A stretch of 64,000 nucleotides of DNA from Octopus bimaculoides (GCF_001194135.2 NC_068982.1:119028558-119092557); one strand, 5' to 3'. Positions 14,301-27,052 are shown, counted from the stretch's first letter. Numbers and translations: made by a program. The notes: a model not told the origin generated them from the letters alone.

Positions 14301-14372
14301 ATCACTGGCTGCAATCGAACTCAGAGTCTTGGGGTTAGTAGCCTGCGCTCTTAACCATTACGCAATATGCCT
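14074..14372 (-). mobile_element. tRNA-headed hammerhead SINE-like element, copy B (full tail, mutated core)
   Basis: Reverse complement of copy A with the full tail ..CATAATTCCTCATCTCTTAAATATAGAACTG. The core is mutated (CTAATGA; GAAATGTT). Confidence 0.88.
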
Positions 14373-14377
14373 ATGCG

Positions 14378-14456
14378 CAGGTTCGAAATTTCCACAAGAC
14401 ACCTAAAGAATGCTGGAGAGCATATCAGCTGAAACGTAAATGTAAATGTAAATAAT
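14378..14456 (+). mobile_element. inverted partial copy (hammerhead/tail region) attached to the head of copy B
   Basis: CAGGTTCGAAATTTCCACAAGACACCTAAAGAATGCTGGAGAGCATATCAGCTGAAACGTAAATGTAAATGTAAATAAT, opposite in orientation to copy B. Confidence 0.8.
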
Positions 14457-15729
14457 CGACACTCCAGCCACAATATGTATTGAAATTTATTTCATTCTCT
14501 TGTATGGAGTTTCTCATTTCATATATAAACACCGTAGATTTTGAAATTCAAAATATTTATTAGAAAACTGACTTACCATACCGAATATCAAACTAAAAGC
14601 CAATTACGATTTTAAATACGAAACTGAAAATATAAACCTCTAGCGAAGAGAAAATGAAATTATTTCTACAGAAAAGTAGAATATTATACATGGATAATAT
14701 AATAAAGATTCATATACAGAACAGTTTGCATATTTAACTTTATAGCAAACAGTATATTAAATGCAAGCAGCTGTATTTTTCTTCGGAGGTTACGACTATA
14801 CACTATAAAAATGTGTTCACATTTATTTGGGTAAATAATAACTAGAAGAGTTACATTAGAGGTTTGTACTTTTATAGGAAGACAACAACTTCTTCGGAAG
14901 CACATAGGTGACACCGCTAAAAAAAAGAGAAGAGTTCCAATTAATCCCTTTCATTATAAGAACCAATTAACGCGCACGGTATATAAAAAGGGTTTTAGAT
15001 GCTATTTATACAGAATCTATTGCGCAAATCCATAGCGTTTGGTGGAAAACTTGATCATGCAGCAACATGACGAGGAACTAGAATGAAAATACATTGCGGA
15101 TTTCCAGAATGTCACATCATAGTTGCAGCTTTCATCAGAAATAAACAGTGAATAAAGATATACAATGCAAGAATCAAACCTTTCTCTACACTTTATCTAT
15201 ATTTGATACAAAGAGTGGTTTTAAACACATGTTTTATTGAGGGAATCTGATATTTCATTATCTGATTAATAATACACATTTTCAAAATATTTCTGAAACT
15301 TGGTTTATTATTAGATCTCAATAATTTATATAAGTTCATATCAGTTTGTTTCTTCTCAATGGGTTTCAATGTGTTCGTAGACTAATGTGTATTTGTATTT
15401 ACTTTCCACTTCGAAACAGTTTCGACTTACATTCATATTAGTTCTTCTATGGATGCAGATATTAACTGATGTATCATCTTACGATAATGAATATTTTTAT
15501 TTAGATACTCTTTCCAACGTTATTCGTTTCGGCTCTCTTATAAATATATTTCTTTAATATATCTACATGGAAAGGAACTTATTATTGAAAAAAAGATAAC
15601 AGTAGGTTGCTGTGGCCCATCTTTTATACCAAGATAAGACAATGTGCATGATAATATTTCCGATCAGTTAAGATGAGTCACTGCTTGGTACTGCATGAGA
15701 GCATTTATTATTATTATTATTATTATTAT

Positions 15730-15761
<32 letters not shown>

Positions 15762-15775
15762 TTGGTGTTGTTGTT

Positions 15776-15997
15776 AAGGCGGCGAGCTGGCAGAATCATT
15801 TGCACCCCGGGCAAAATGCTTAGCGGCATTTTATCCTTTCTTACGTTCTGAGTTCAAATTTCGCTGAGGTCGACGGTCGATTATGGCTTTCGTCCTTACG
15901 GGGTCGATAAAATAAGCACCGGTGAAATACTGGAGTCGATGTAATTGACTTAATCCTTCCCCCCAAAATGCAGACGTTGTGGCACAATTTGCAACCG
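15776..15997 (+). mobile_element. OK/OR2-type tRNA-derived SINE
   Basis: AAGGCGGCGAGCTGGCAGAATC head plus the shared GGTCGA..GGGGTCGATAAAATAAG core. Confidence 0.85.
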
Positions 15998-16019
15998 TTA
16001 TTGTTGTTGTTGTTGTTAC

Positions 16020-16200
16020 TTTGACTTAGGTTCGTTCTTCTTCCTGGTCTATTTTAAGTTTGTAGCAGATTACTATCTGTAACCTTAGGGATCCACAAGC
16101 TTTCAATAGATTCTAAGGTGCTTAAGTCCGCCCTGAAAATCTTCCCAGTCTTAAGCATTTGGAAGGCTATTGAGAGATTGTGTATAACCGCTACCCACAT
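16020..16200 (-). mobile_element. short R4/Dong 3'-end fragment
   Basis: Homologous to 10540-10680 (ATCCACAAG(C/T)TTTCA motif); flanked by (AAC/AAT)n. Confidence 0.6.
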
Positions 16201-16239
16201 AAGTTGTTGCTGTTGTTGCTGTTGTGGTTGTTATTATTG

Positions 16240-18153
16240 TTATTATTATTTTCATTAGCATTTTCCTTTATCTTTCTATTTTATTTTCTTCCTGACACCT
16301 GGGGCAGAGAAACGTATAGTGTACATTGGTAGGCCATTAAAACAAGCACATCAGATTGTTCATTTACAGAGTCATGTGATAGAGAAAAGGGGGAAGACAG
16401 AGAAAAAAGGGGAAAATAAAAAAATAGAAAAGTAAACAAATAAAATAAATGGGGGTAAAAGGAAAGAAAGTGCACATTGACAATACTCTTCTCAATACGT
16501 GTGATGTACCAGTTAAGACAATCATTGGCACTTCCTGTATGGATGGCAGGCCAGGGATTATTCTTAAATAATCATCAGTTTCTTTTTGATCATTTCAAGT
16601 GCCCCTACAATCACTGGTATTGTTACAGTCTTGAGATTCTACATTTTTTCGATTTCGATTAGTAGATCTTTTTTATTTTCTCAGTTTATTAAATTCTTTT
16701 GCTGATATATTATGGTCAAAGGATATGTGCGTGTCAATCAAGAAACAGACTTTATTGCTTTTGTCTTACGCAACAATATCTGGTTTAATTGCCTTGATGC
16801 TCCCATCTCCACATACTTGAAAGTCCCAAAGAATAATTACATTTTCTCCATCAGTTACAGCCTCAAAGTGGTGCTTGTACTATTTGTCAGCAGTTTTAAT
16901 TTTATAATTCCGACACGTTATCCAGTATAGATACTGACCAACTCTGTTATGTCTTGATTTGTACTCTAGGTGCTAAAACCTACCATTCAGAGATTAGGTG
17001 GTTGACTATTTCTATTCCATCGTTGTACTATCGGCGATTTGGGACTACACCATTTTTCAACACATTAGCTTGATAGTTCCGGGTTAATAATCTTGGGCAG
17101 CCAAAATAAAGCCTACACTCTCTACCTTTAGCCATGCGCACCGTAACCACTGATGTGTGTGCTTCTGGTCTACGTCAGCTTGTTTGCTACGGGCCACAAA
17201 TTTGCCATACAGAGGCTTTTGTTCCCACCTATCAGCCTGCTCAAGCGCATTTTTATTTGTTATTGAGTTCACCTTCTTTGCAATTACAGTTACTGCACTT
17301 TCCTCATGCTGTTCCACCTGAGGATTATGCATAAACTCATTTGAAATTTTTTTGCTCTCCTTCATAAAGAAGCTTCTTACGTCTTTTATGGTTTTCAACG
17401 AGCTTTAGCATCCAATCGTTAGAAGTTTCAAGATATTTTGCCAGTCAAATTGTTGTGGTTTTGTACGAGATTTCAAACTGGATCAAGATTCGACATCTTT
17501 GAGCGTTGGGTAGGTAAAGACGATCTGCGTCTGCTTTTGGGAGGTGCATCTTATTGCAAGTTAGCAGTTTATGGATTTTCCCGTCAATCTTCCTTATTTA
17601 GTTCATATTCCAGTTTAACGCATTGAAACTGTAAATAACAAAATCAACTGATAAGGAATGTATAGCTATTACATTGTTACGGGCATTTAACCCGGATTCT
17701 TGGACTACTCGAACTCTTCTGTAACACTGCTTCCTGATCTTTTTGATACTTGCATGTTGAATGTTAGAGCCCTCATTTATTCCGAGGTATTTATCAGTTT
17801 GTTCGTTTTATGTTCCGAGTTCTTTTATGATTGTGTCAACATCCAACAGCACTGAACATGAGGTATTCAGTTTCACTTAGTAGAAAATGGCCTTGGCACA
17901 TTTACCAAGACCAAATTCCATCCCAGCGTCATCACTGAATGCTTCCATAGTATGTAGTAGTCCTTCAAGCTAATTATCAGCCAAGTTTATACTTGTTGCA
18001 AAGTGTCCAATGGACAAGCCTGGCTATATTGTTGTGACGTCTCTTATATTCCTTCTGGGCTAGTGGCGTACATTGGGTGGTAATATGTCATACGGTTGCA
18101 CCGTTTTGTCCACAGATTTTGCGTTTATCACTTTCTGATATGCTGTCTATTCT

Positions 18154-18155
<2 letters not shown>
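16240..18155 (-). mobile_element. R4/Dong-clade LINE, 5'-truncated, degenerate RT-CCHC-REL-3'UTR
   Basis: RT motifs LEGLLHTMEAFSDDAGMEFGLGKCAK, KYLGINEG and ADADRLYLP; ORF 17084-17398 WEQKPLYGKF..QWL..LKVESVGFILAAQD; (AAT)n at both ends. Confidence 0.9.
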
Positions 18156-18217
<62 letters not shown>

Positions 18218-18271
18218 AATTATTATTATTAATATTATTAATAGTATTATTATTATGATTATTATTATTAA

Positions 18272-18341
<70 letters not shown>

Positions 18342-18378
18342 GTTATTATTATTATTATTATTAATATTATTATTATTA
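18156..18378. repeat. (ATT)n microsatellite between two divergent R4 elements
   Basis: Directly visible. Confidence 0.95.
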
Positions 18379-18399
18379 TTTTTTACATACTGATTTAGT

Positions 18400-19905
18400 T
18401 TGCAAGAATGTTATCGTGTCTCCTTCAGTCTAGATAGCAGTTTGTGTGTTGGCTCAAGTACACCAATGACTACAAATCTCCAAATCTTTGGCTACGTCCT
18501 GATATTGAGGACTAGAAAAAGAAACATCTATTTTAGATGAATGACTTAAAAATTTATGGCAACCGCTTTGAAATAATGGACTTGAAGGCCTTGTACGTTC
18601 TGTGGAAGCATTCAATGGTGACATCGGGATGGAGTGTAGTCTTGATAACTTTGTCAAGAGTACTTCCAAGAAAGGGAAATTGATGAAGTCAAATTGAATC
18701 TAGTTAGATGTTGAAACATTTATAAAACAATTGAGCAGGAGCAAAATTATAAATACTTATAAATATAAATTGATGCTGTGGAATTCAGCATGCATGCATC
18801 AGATAGAAGAGTACGAGCACTTCTGAAATCTTAGCTCAATGCACCCAACAAGGTGATAACAATGAATATTTTCACAGATCCAGTTGTTACTTATACCTTC
18901 CAAATTTTTAACTGGTATAAACAGTAAAAGGAAAAAAATTGATAGAATATTTGGCATAAGATTAAAGATGCACCGTCCAAATGCAGGTGTGGGTTGTCTT
19001 CACTTTCTCAGAGCTCAGGGAGGTTGACGTTTGCTCCAATTTGATATTTCTTATAAAACCACTACAAATGAACGGCTCAAACGCCCTCACACTTCTAGCG
19101 ACTGGGTGTTAAAATACGTTAAAAATTATGAGAGGCGTAAGAAGCTTCATTCTATCTTGAAGTAAAGCAAAAACTTGCTATTGATTTCACGAGTGATGCC
19201 CTTGCTGGATAGCTGCGAGTAAATATAACACATGTTCTTGCAAAGAAAGCAACATTAATGGCAAAGAAAAATACGCTTGAACAATTGGCTGCTAGGTAAG
19301 AACAGAAACCTCTGCTTAGCAAATATGTAGCTTGTAGCACAGCAGATGATGTTGACCAGAGGCACAGCCACTGCTGGCTGCGAAACTTAAGGTTAAAAGC
19401 AGTACGTGAAGCTTCATGGAAGTTGCTCAAGATAAAAGTGTATTAGCCAGATACCACAAAGCATATATAATGAAAAGATCCAAAGTGCCGATTCTGCAAT
19501 GATGAGACAAAAACTGTGGCCCACTTAATGTTTGGATGTGAAATTTTAGTACAAGGTAGAGTATAAACGAAAACATAAAGAAGTAGACCATTAAATGCAC
19601 TGGTTGATATGTCAGTATTATTAAATCAAAACTATTGAAAAGTAGTGTGTGTCTACCCGAGGCTGTAACTGAGAAAGAAAATGTAACGATGTTTTGAGAT
19701 TTTTCTGTACAAAGTGAGAGACCCATTAAAGTTAATAAGAAGTATATTGTGGTAAAAGACCAAAAGAAATCAAATCTGCTTATTGATTGGATGAGTATCC
19801 CTTGTGATCATAATATTGCAATAAAATAATATTAACAAGCTCAGAAATTATGAAGATTTGCTCTTTGAAGTCGAAAAAGTCTGGCATCTCAAGGTGGTTA
19901 CTGAA
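18400..19905 (+). mobile_element. R4/Dong-clade LINE fragment (RT to REL), heavily degenerate
   Basis: RSVEAFNGDIGMECSLD, NYKYL, WLRNLRLKA, KCRFCNDE.TVAHLMFGC and KVWHLK motifs across frameshifts. Confidence 0.85.
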
Positions 19906-21400
19906 TACGACATAGCATTAATTCTCGATTTATCACAAGTAACCTCCCGCAAACCAAAGCAGTCACAAAAAATTTTAGGAAGTTGGAAAGTAGTGATGAG
20001 AGAATTTCAAGATATTAATTGTTTCATAGACAAATTAGGATGTTTAGCACAAAGTAAAATACTTTTATGATCCCTGGCTCCCAGCTACTAACACGCTTCA
20101 GCCGAACTTCTGCCTCATTAGTACATTTCCTGTTGATATTCTAATCCAGTTTTCGCCATCGGCCAAATAAAAGTATATTCTCGTAAAACATTTACTTTCA
20201 GTACCTCATTTGTTTAATATCATTCTTATTTGTTATTTACCACATGCATTTGCCCGACGATGTTATACTTACTAATGATCAGAATATACCACAAAAAAAA
20301 AACTGTTTTATTAATATTGTTAAATTTCTTCTGTTCATTTAGGGCCGAGCTATTGGGGTCTTTTAAACCTGGAATGGAGTTTATGTAACAAAGGAAGAAA
20401 TCAGTCACCAATTAATATTGATCCTGGTACGTTGCTCTATGATCCACAACTAGAAAATTTGAAGATTGACGGCAACATGGTAAGTGCAACATACCTTTCT
20501 ATAATAACGAAGTGAAAGATTGTAATATAATCCAATTTCCAGCAAATCAATTACAAGGCGCCATGGACTGGAATCTTAGCAAAATTATGTGATTTAATCT
20601 CGTCAGAAATAAATATATGGATTTTTATATTGGTATTGAAATGCTTTGTTAATTTCTTGTTCAAAAGACGTTCGGCTTCTAATCGAATGAATACGATGCA
20701 ATAAATAATCATTTCAACTATATGCAAATGTCAAAAGTAGAAGAAATCGTAGTGAGGCGGGAAACAGAATAACTACGAAACAATTTTATAATCTCCAATT
20801 TACTCTTTAGTAATTCTCTTTATTTTCATTATAAACCGACAAATTAACAAAGGAAATAAGTGCAACGCCCACAATGAACAGCGCATTAATGACCTATATA
20901 GTCCAAGTGTTCTTTTTTCTTTTAACGATTGTTATTTGCTGTTACGGAACATGATGTTGCACTAATTTCCTTTTCATAAGGTTAAGCGCGTATATGAGCA
21001 TATATTTAATCGCGGATAAGAAACTTTTATTCCAAGATTTTCTGATAACGATATTAATTGAGGAGTAGTCAGTTAGACGTTAATAAAGTGATCTGCAATT
21101 CCATGCATTTCTTCTTCGCTAGGAATTCTTCTGCGTCAAACAAAATTATCCACCACCACGTCACTTTACAGATCAATGCAAAAGTTTCAAGTGGAGTTGT
21201 TGACAAGCATATTTCGTCTTGCGTGATGAACGGTACCATATGTGTATCTTCGAGTTGCTTCTAACTGGCATTTATCATAGAAGTGTACAATTCATGTTGT
21301 GTCGAAGGTTATCTACTCCATCATTTGTGACACTCTTCCAGAGTATTCTACATTGTACATATTTATGCCACAATTTTTCATATTTCATTCCAGTAATTTT

Positions 21401-21619
21401 TCAGCGCTATATTTAAGAGATGAGGAATTATGTACATTATTTACATTATTTACATGTGAGGTATATTTGTCCTCATCTTGTTTGTTGTTAACACAACGTT
21501 TCGACTGATATACCCTCCAGGCTTCATCAGGTGTCTTGGGAAAATTTCGAACCTGGTTCTCATTCCTAAGGTATTTTTCAATGGTGTTGTTGTTGTTGTT
21601 ATTATTATTATTATTATTA

Positions 21620-21654
<35 letters not shown>

Positions 21655-21722
21655 GGAATCGAACTCGGAATCTTGGGGTTAGTAGCCCGGGCTCTTAACC
21701 ACTACGCCATATGCCCGTGGGC
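21401..21722 (-). mobile_element. tRNA-headed hammerhead SINE-like element, copy C (full length)
   Basis: Intact A and B boxes, (AAT)n, hammerhead, and full tail with the AGATGAGGA/TCCTCATCT inverted repeat. Confidence 0.9.
21490..21535 (-). ncRNA. minimal type I hammerhead ribozyme (copy C)
   Basis: GACAC-CTGATGA-A-GCCTG(loop)CAGTC-GAAA-CGT-T/GTGTT; core intact, one helix II mismatch. Confidence 0.7.
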
Positions 21723-21782
21723 ATAGTGGTTAAGATAGCAGCCTACTAACCTCAAGATTCCCAGTTCGATTCCTGGCTGTGA

Positions 21783-21871
<89 letters not shown>

Positions 21872-22038
21872 ATAATAATAATAATAATAATAATANNNNN
21901 NNNNNNNNNNNNNNNNNNNNNNNNNNNNNNNNNNNNNNNNNNNNNNNNNNNNNNNNNNNNNNNNNNNNNNNNNNNNNNNNNNNNNNNNNNNNNNNNNNNN
22001 NNNNNNTTGTACAAATGCAAAACAAAAGTCAAACATAA

Positions 22039-22136
<98 letters not shown>

Positions 22137-22297
22137 CAACAACATCGAAAACATACCTTAGGAATGAGAACTCAGGCTCGAAATTTCCCGAAGACACCTG
22201 ATGAGGGCTGGAGTGTATATCAGCCGAAACGTTGTGAATAGCAACAAAGAAGATGAGAACAAATATCCAACAAATGCAAATAATGTAAATGATGTAA
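21719..22297 (+). mobile_element. tRNA-headed hammerhead SINE-like element, copy D (head-to-head with copy C; spans an N gap)
   Basis: The head lacks 7 nt (ATGGCGT) of the A box and the (AAT)n is long. The tail stops at AATGTAAATGATGTAA. Confidence 0.85.
22193..22238 (+). ncRNA. minimal type I hammerhead ribozyme (copy D)
   Basis: GACAC-CTGATGA-G-GGCTG(loop)CAGCC-GAAA-CGT-T/GTG; core intact, helix I shortened. Confidence 0.7.
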
Positions 22298-22714
22298 TTA
22301 TTCGTTTAGCATCCATATTAACGTCACGTTGTTACATTGGTGCTTTCTTTTATTCGGGTGTGAGTAATATAGTATGGCTTGCCATCGTCCACAACTGACA
22401 TACGATAGCCAGTCCAACGAAGTAGATGTTACTTAATCATGATTCCAGTGCAGGATATATAGCCACCCCGTATACAGATGGGAGAACTGGCAGGTGTTGG
22501 ACAGATGGAAGTGTTAGAATTCTTAGAAATATTTATTGATCAACTAATGAAAATTTATTATAAATCTAGTATAAATTATAATTAGTTCAATCACAACCAC
22601 TTTATTGTGTTTCATTGAACATAAGCTGGCTCCCACAGTCGCTTGACAGTAATTGTTTGACGGGTGAGTGATGGTTAATGAGTATATGATAAATATAAAG
22701 AACATTTATTGGCA

Positions 22715-22864
22715 CAAGTTTTCTGTGAGGCTAGAGAGTTTGTTTTCCAACTACATGGTGTCGGCTTCTGTCCCACTGCGTGTTACCTTGGGCAAATGAT
22801 AACCCCGCACCGACGAAAGTCCTTGTGAATGGATTTAGTAGACGGAAACTGAAAGAAGCGCGTT

Positions 22865-22941
<77 letters not shown>

Positions 22942-23220
22942 TGTTTGTTTGTGTGTGTATTTGTAGTGTGTGTGTGCGTGTCTGTGTGTGTGTGTGTGTT
23001 TGTGTGTGTATGGATTTGTACATATGTTTGTTGCCCTCCACCGCTTGCAATCGATGTTGTCTTGTGTACGCTGGCGAAACGTAAACCCTCGTCCCATGAG
23101 ACGCATAGAATAAGAATCACACTTCAAAACAATAAGTACTGGGATCGATTTTATTCTACTAAACCCTTCAAAGTGGTACTCCAGCATTGCAGCATTCCGA
23201 TGACTGAAACAAGCAAAAAT
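22715..23220 (+). mobile_element. OR1-type (CORE-like) tRNA SINE with internal microsatellite
   Basis: CORE-like TGTTACCTTGGGCAA, then GGATTTAGTAGACGGAAACTGAAAGAAGC, (AT)n(GT)n and the GGTGGTACTCCAGCAT tail; homologous to 55.8-56.2 kb. Confidence 0.75.
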
Positions 23221-25246
23221 ATTTTAAAAAAAGAATTTTTTAATGAATTGCTAAAAGAAAAAGGTTAATTTTAACGACAGAAACAAGCCAAATTCGAACC
23301 GGTTACATAGACCCTCTTCGTCAACGATTAAATTCACTCTCAGGTCATCGTTAAAATCTTGTACTAAGCATCTATTGTCCAGCTGAAGGAGGCTAGTAAA
23401 CTTCTAGTAGCATTTCATGTGCCAAAGGATTCATCTCGATCTGTGCTTGATTTATGATTGAACAATAGCCGTGTTCTTCCCGAGGGTCATAAATTTAAAT
23501 CGTGTAACAATGATGTATTCCATAATGGTCATCTTTAGTGTTGCCTTCAAACATGCTTTCATCTAAATTTATCACTTGTATCATTGTTCCAATATGAAAC
23601 TCATAAAACTTACGTAAATTTCGCAATACGAATACAACATATCCTTTTTACATGCTAATATAGGTGTGTTTCGTACACGAAATTTAGATTTTTGCATCAG
23701 CGTTGGATACTTCTTCAGATCTAGTCATTACAATGATCAATTCTTTTGTTTGTTCAGTACAATTGCAACACCATTTACATTCTCTATTTAGCAATTGATG
23801 AATTGCTCTTTCCTATCAAGAAACGAATAGAAGAAAATCAACCCAGTCACGTTATTTTGGATTTTGTACGTGTGAGTTCAAAGAATGTGCTACACCCGTG
23901 TGCACAGCAGCTGCTTGACCAGGTTTGAGATGTTATGATTTAAAAGAAATAAAATCTCAGAAACATTTTAGTCATACCATTTAATTATAAACCTGTTAAC
24001 AGTTTTATGTACTCATCCTGCATCGGTGTATCTTACCTGCAATTGATCAATCCAAAGGATTTGTTTCGGCTTATAATCCGCAAAGGAATGTTATTTCATT
24101 TGTGTGATTGTTTACAAGTGAGATGTTAGAGGTGGCTTCGCGTTCCGTAACAGTACCAATATGAGGTAATGCTTCAATGTTGGGATGGTGATGTTATTAA
24201 GATCTGACATATTTCAATCGAAGGACAATTCATTCATTGCAAAAGTCATTGAAAGTGGATGTTCTAATCGCTGAAATATGAACCGTATTTCAAAGTATCA
24301 TTGAAGATCAAGCGTGACAAAGAAACCTTTTTCTTTAGCTATATCATATGGTACCTTTATTGTCTGCAATATGTTATACTTGTGTTTATACACCTAGAGC
24401 CTATTTGCTGGAGGAACATAATAGATAATATCCGATCTTCTGAGGAAATTGGAAATCATACGATCTCATTCATTGTGCAACAACAAACATTACGACGTAA
24501 GCTGCTCAATGCTGTGGACCAGCCAGCAAGAACCTTCAAGAAAATTTAAGTCAAATACACCTTGATATATAAGATTAGTACCACTTGAACATTGGAGTCA
24601 ATCCCATCGACTTAAATCCTCCTCAAAATTGCTACCCTAGTGCCAAAATTTGAAAACAAGTGGGATAACAGTATTTCATATTGCTCGAAAAAGACTGAGC
24701 AGTTTCCTAACAATACTTCAAGCTGGTTACATTTAATTCTATTATTATTTACATTTCCCAAACGGTTCGACAATATCTACTGATAATATATGAATTAATA
24801 AGGAAACTACCTTGATTTGTTTACTTATGGATGAGAGAAAACAACTGTTTACAGACAACAGGTATTAGAATTTAAACAGAGAGAAAATACAGTATGCGGT
24901 GTGAATAATGTCGGTATAATGTAATCATAAGGAAGACTAAAGTGCTTGATCCAATCAGTCCCTAATTTGAATATTGCGAGAAATTCGTGGTGTAAATTCA
25001 AAATATGTTGTATTTTTCGGCCTGGTAATAAAAATGTCATTATTTTCACTGACGTAAACGTACATGTATAGTTGGTTAACATGGTACTAATTTATAGATA
25101 GAGCAATGAATTGGATAATTATATGTTTGTATGTGTGTTGTGTGTTACTCTTATTATTTCTCTTTTAATACACATTCTAATAGGAATATTGTACTATACC
25201 TACTAATAACTAATTATTTTGTATGTGCGTACATGCGTCTATGTAT

Positions 25247-25298
<52 letters not shown>

Positions 25299-25949
25299 AT
25301 GTGAGTGTGCATGTGACTGTGCATGTGAGTGTGTATATGCATATTTATATATACATACATTATCCCTCTAAACTTTTTAGACCCTCTTTTAAACACTCTC
25401 ATGACCCTAGAGGCACACCCAAGCACCCTAATTTTATCTACCGATCACTACAGTACACGAAGAGATGGAAATAACATGTGGGGTACAGTGACCTTTTGTA
25501 GAAACAGCTGTAAGAAACTGTTCGTCTTTCTCTATTCTAGAAATTACTGTTATTTATGTATGCAATACACCATCTTCACATATGTATATATATTCTCATA
25601 ATTGTTTAAAATAAATAAATAGACATAATGCCTAACAGCTGATGCATAATACCTCAAGATCCCCTTCAAACGACGAACACAAGTGTATAAGGAACAACAA
25701 TGTGTATTAATTCGACGCTCTTCAACAGAAAGAAACTCGAGGAAAAGGCATAGAAACAATTAAAAAACAGCTTTTGGAGTTAGTAGTCATCATGGCGACA
25801 ATATGCGTGCATATATATATATATGCATGAACGTTGGAACTAAGTACAAAGAAATTATATATCATTTTGCGAACAACATTATTTGTACAAGTTGAAATTC
25901 TACGCTAAATTTCGTGCTCTGTCATACGCTAAGCATTATGGCAAGAATC

Positions 25950-26460
25950 GTATAATGCAAGCATATTATGTTTTACCATTTTAGGATGAATGTAATGTAA
26001 ACTCATGAATACACAGAGAATGGTTCTTGTGATACTTATTACTGAATAAGGAGTAATGATTTGTTCAGCACAATTCTAAAATTTTATTGAAAACATGTAA
26101 CGATATTTAGTAGAATAAGAAACGAGAAAATCACTCTGGTTGTTTTTCACTTATTACACACAGTAGAAATGACAGAAAGCGCTTATGATTTATCGAAAAT
26201 AAATACAAAGTCGGGAATATGTATTGTGGTCATATTGGATGTAATATTTGACATAATGATTCAATAAGCTCATCAGAAAATAACGAATCAGTGAAATATT
26301 TTATTCTAAAAACGGTAGGGTCTAACTCTGATTGATATGAACACGTCTAGAAATCTGCTTATATTTTATATTTCAGAAAAGTTCGGTCGGAAAGCACTAT
26401 GTGTTTTATAATCCGATTGTGGAATAAATGTCAAAATGTGAAGTCTTTCCTGTTTGTCTG
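25950..26460 (+). repeat. ~510 bp diverged direct repeat, copy 1 (copy 2 at ~31600-32165)
   Basis: Long shared blocks, e.g. GATATTTAGTAGAATAAGAAAC, AGAAATGACAGAAAGCGCTTAT and CTAACTCTGATTGATATGAACAC..CTAGAAATCTG; about 75-80% identity by eye. Confidence 0.9.
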
Positions 26461-26877
26461 AATTTATGCTTGGGTTTCCATCACATCCTAATATTGTTTG
26501 GAACCTCAGTATATATCATTTTATTAAGATATTAACATCCCCTTTATTTGTATCTACAAAACTTAAGTTGAACAGAATAAACACGAATTATTTTATGAAT
26601 GAAATGCAGAAAACAGCAGAGAATCTAATGGTGATATATAAACATACATACATACAGACACGCACACAAACACACACACATATATATACGTGTGTGTGTG
26701 TGTGTGTGTGTATGTATTTGCGTGTGTGTCTATGCACACGCACACACACACTCACTCACTCACACACACACATATATATTATATATCTTCGTTATAAGAT
26801 CATATATCAGGAAAAGAGCATATCCTATAAAATATAGAGAAGTTGTTTATTTTTGTATGTGTAACGTAACAGTTTAG

Positions 26878-26932
26878 AAGAAAAAACATTGTTTTCATAT
26901 CTAGCGTGAACTAGGCATCTCTTCAGTTCCTC
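26878..26932 (-). ncRNA. candidate variant hammerhead in PLE pLTR (second copy at 27908-27962, +)
   Basis: GAGGAA-CTGAAGA-G-ATGCCTAG(TTCACG)CTAGATAT-GAAA-ACAATGTT-T/TTTCTT; helices are imperfect. Confidence 0.4.
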
Positions 26933-27052
26933 TAGACGATAAGTGTTCTCTGCAAAGAATGTATTCAAAAACACAAGTACGCCGGTGGTAGTTGAAGAAA
27001 TATTCCTTTTAAAAAATTATAGCCAAGCGAGTTGTCTTCCTTCGCTTGGTAA

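Noticed and set aside
18096-18398. Poly-Ile hydrophobic ORFs (also at 21.7-22.2, 37.8-38.6 and 39.5 kb)
   Set aside because: Translations of (ATT)n/(AAT)n microsatellites.
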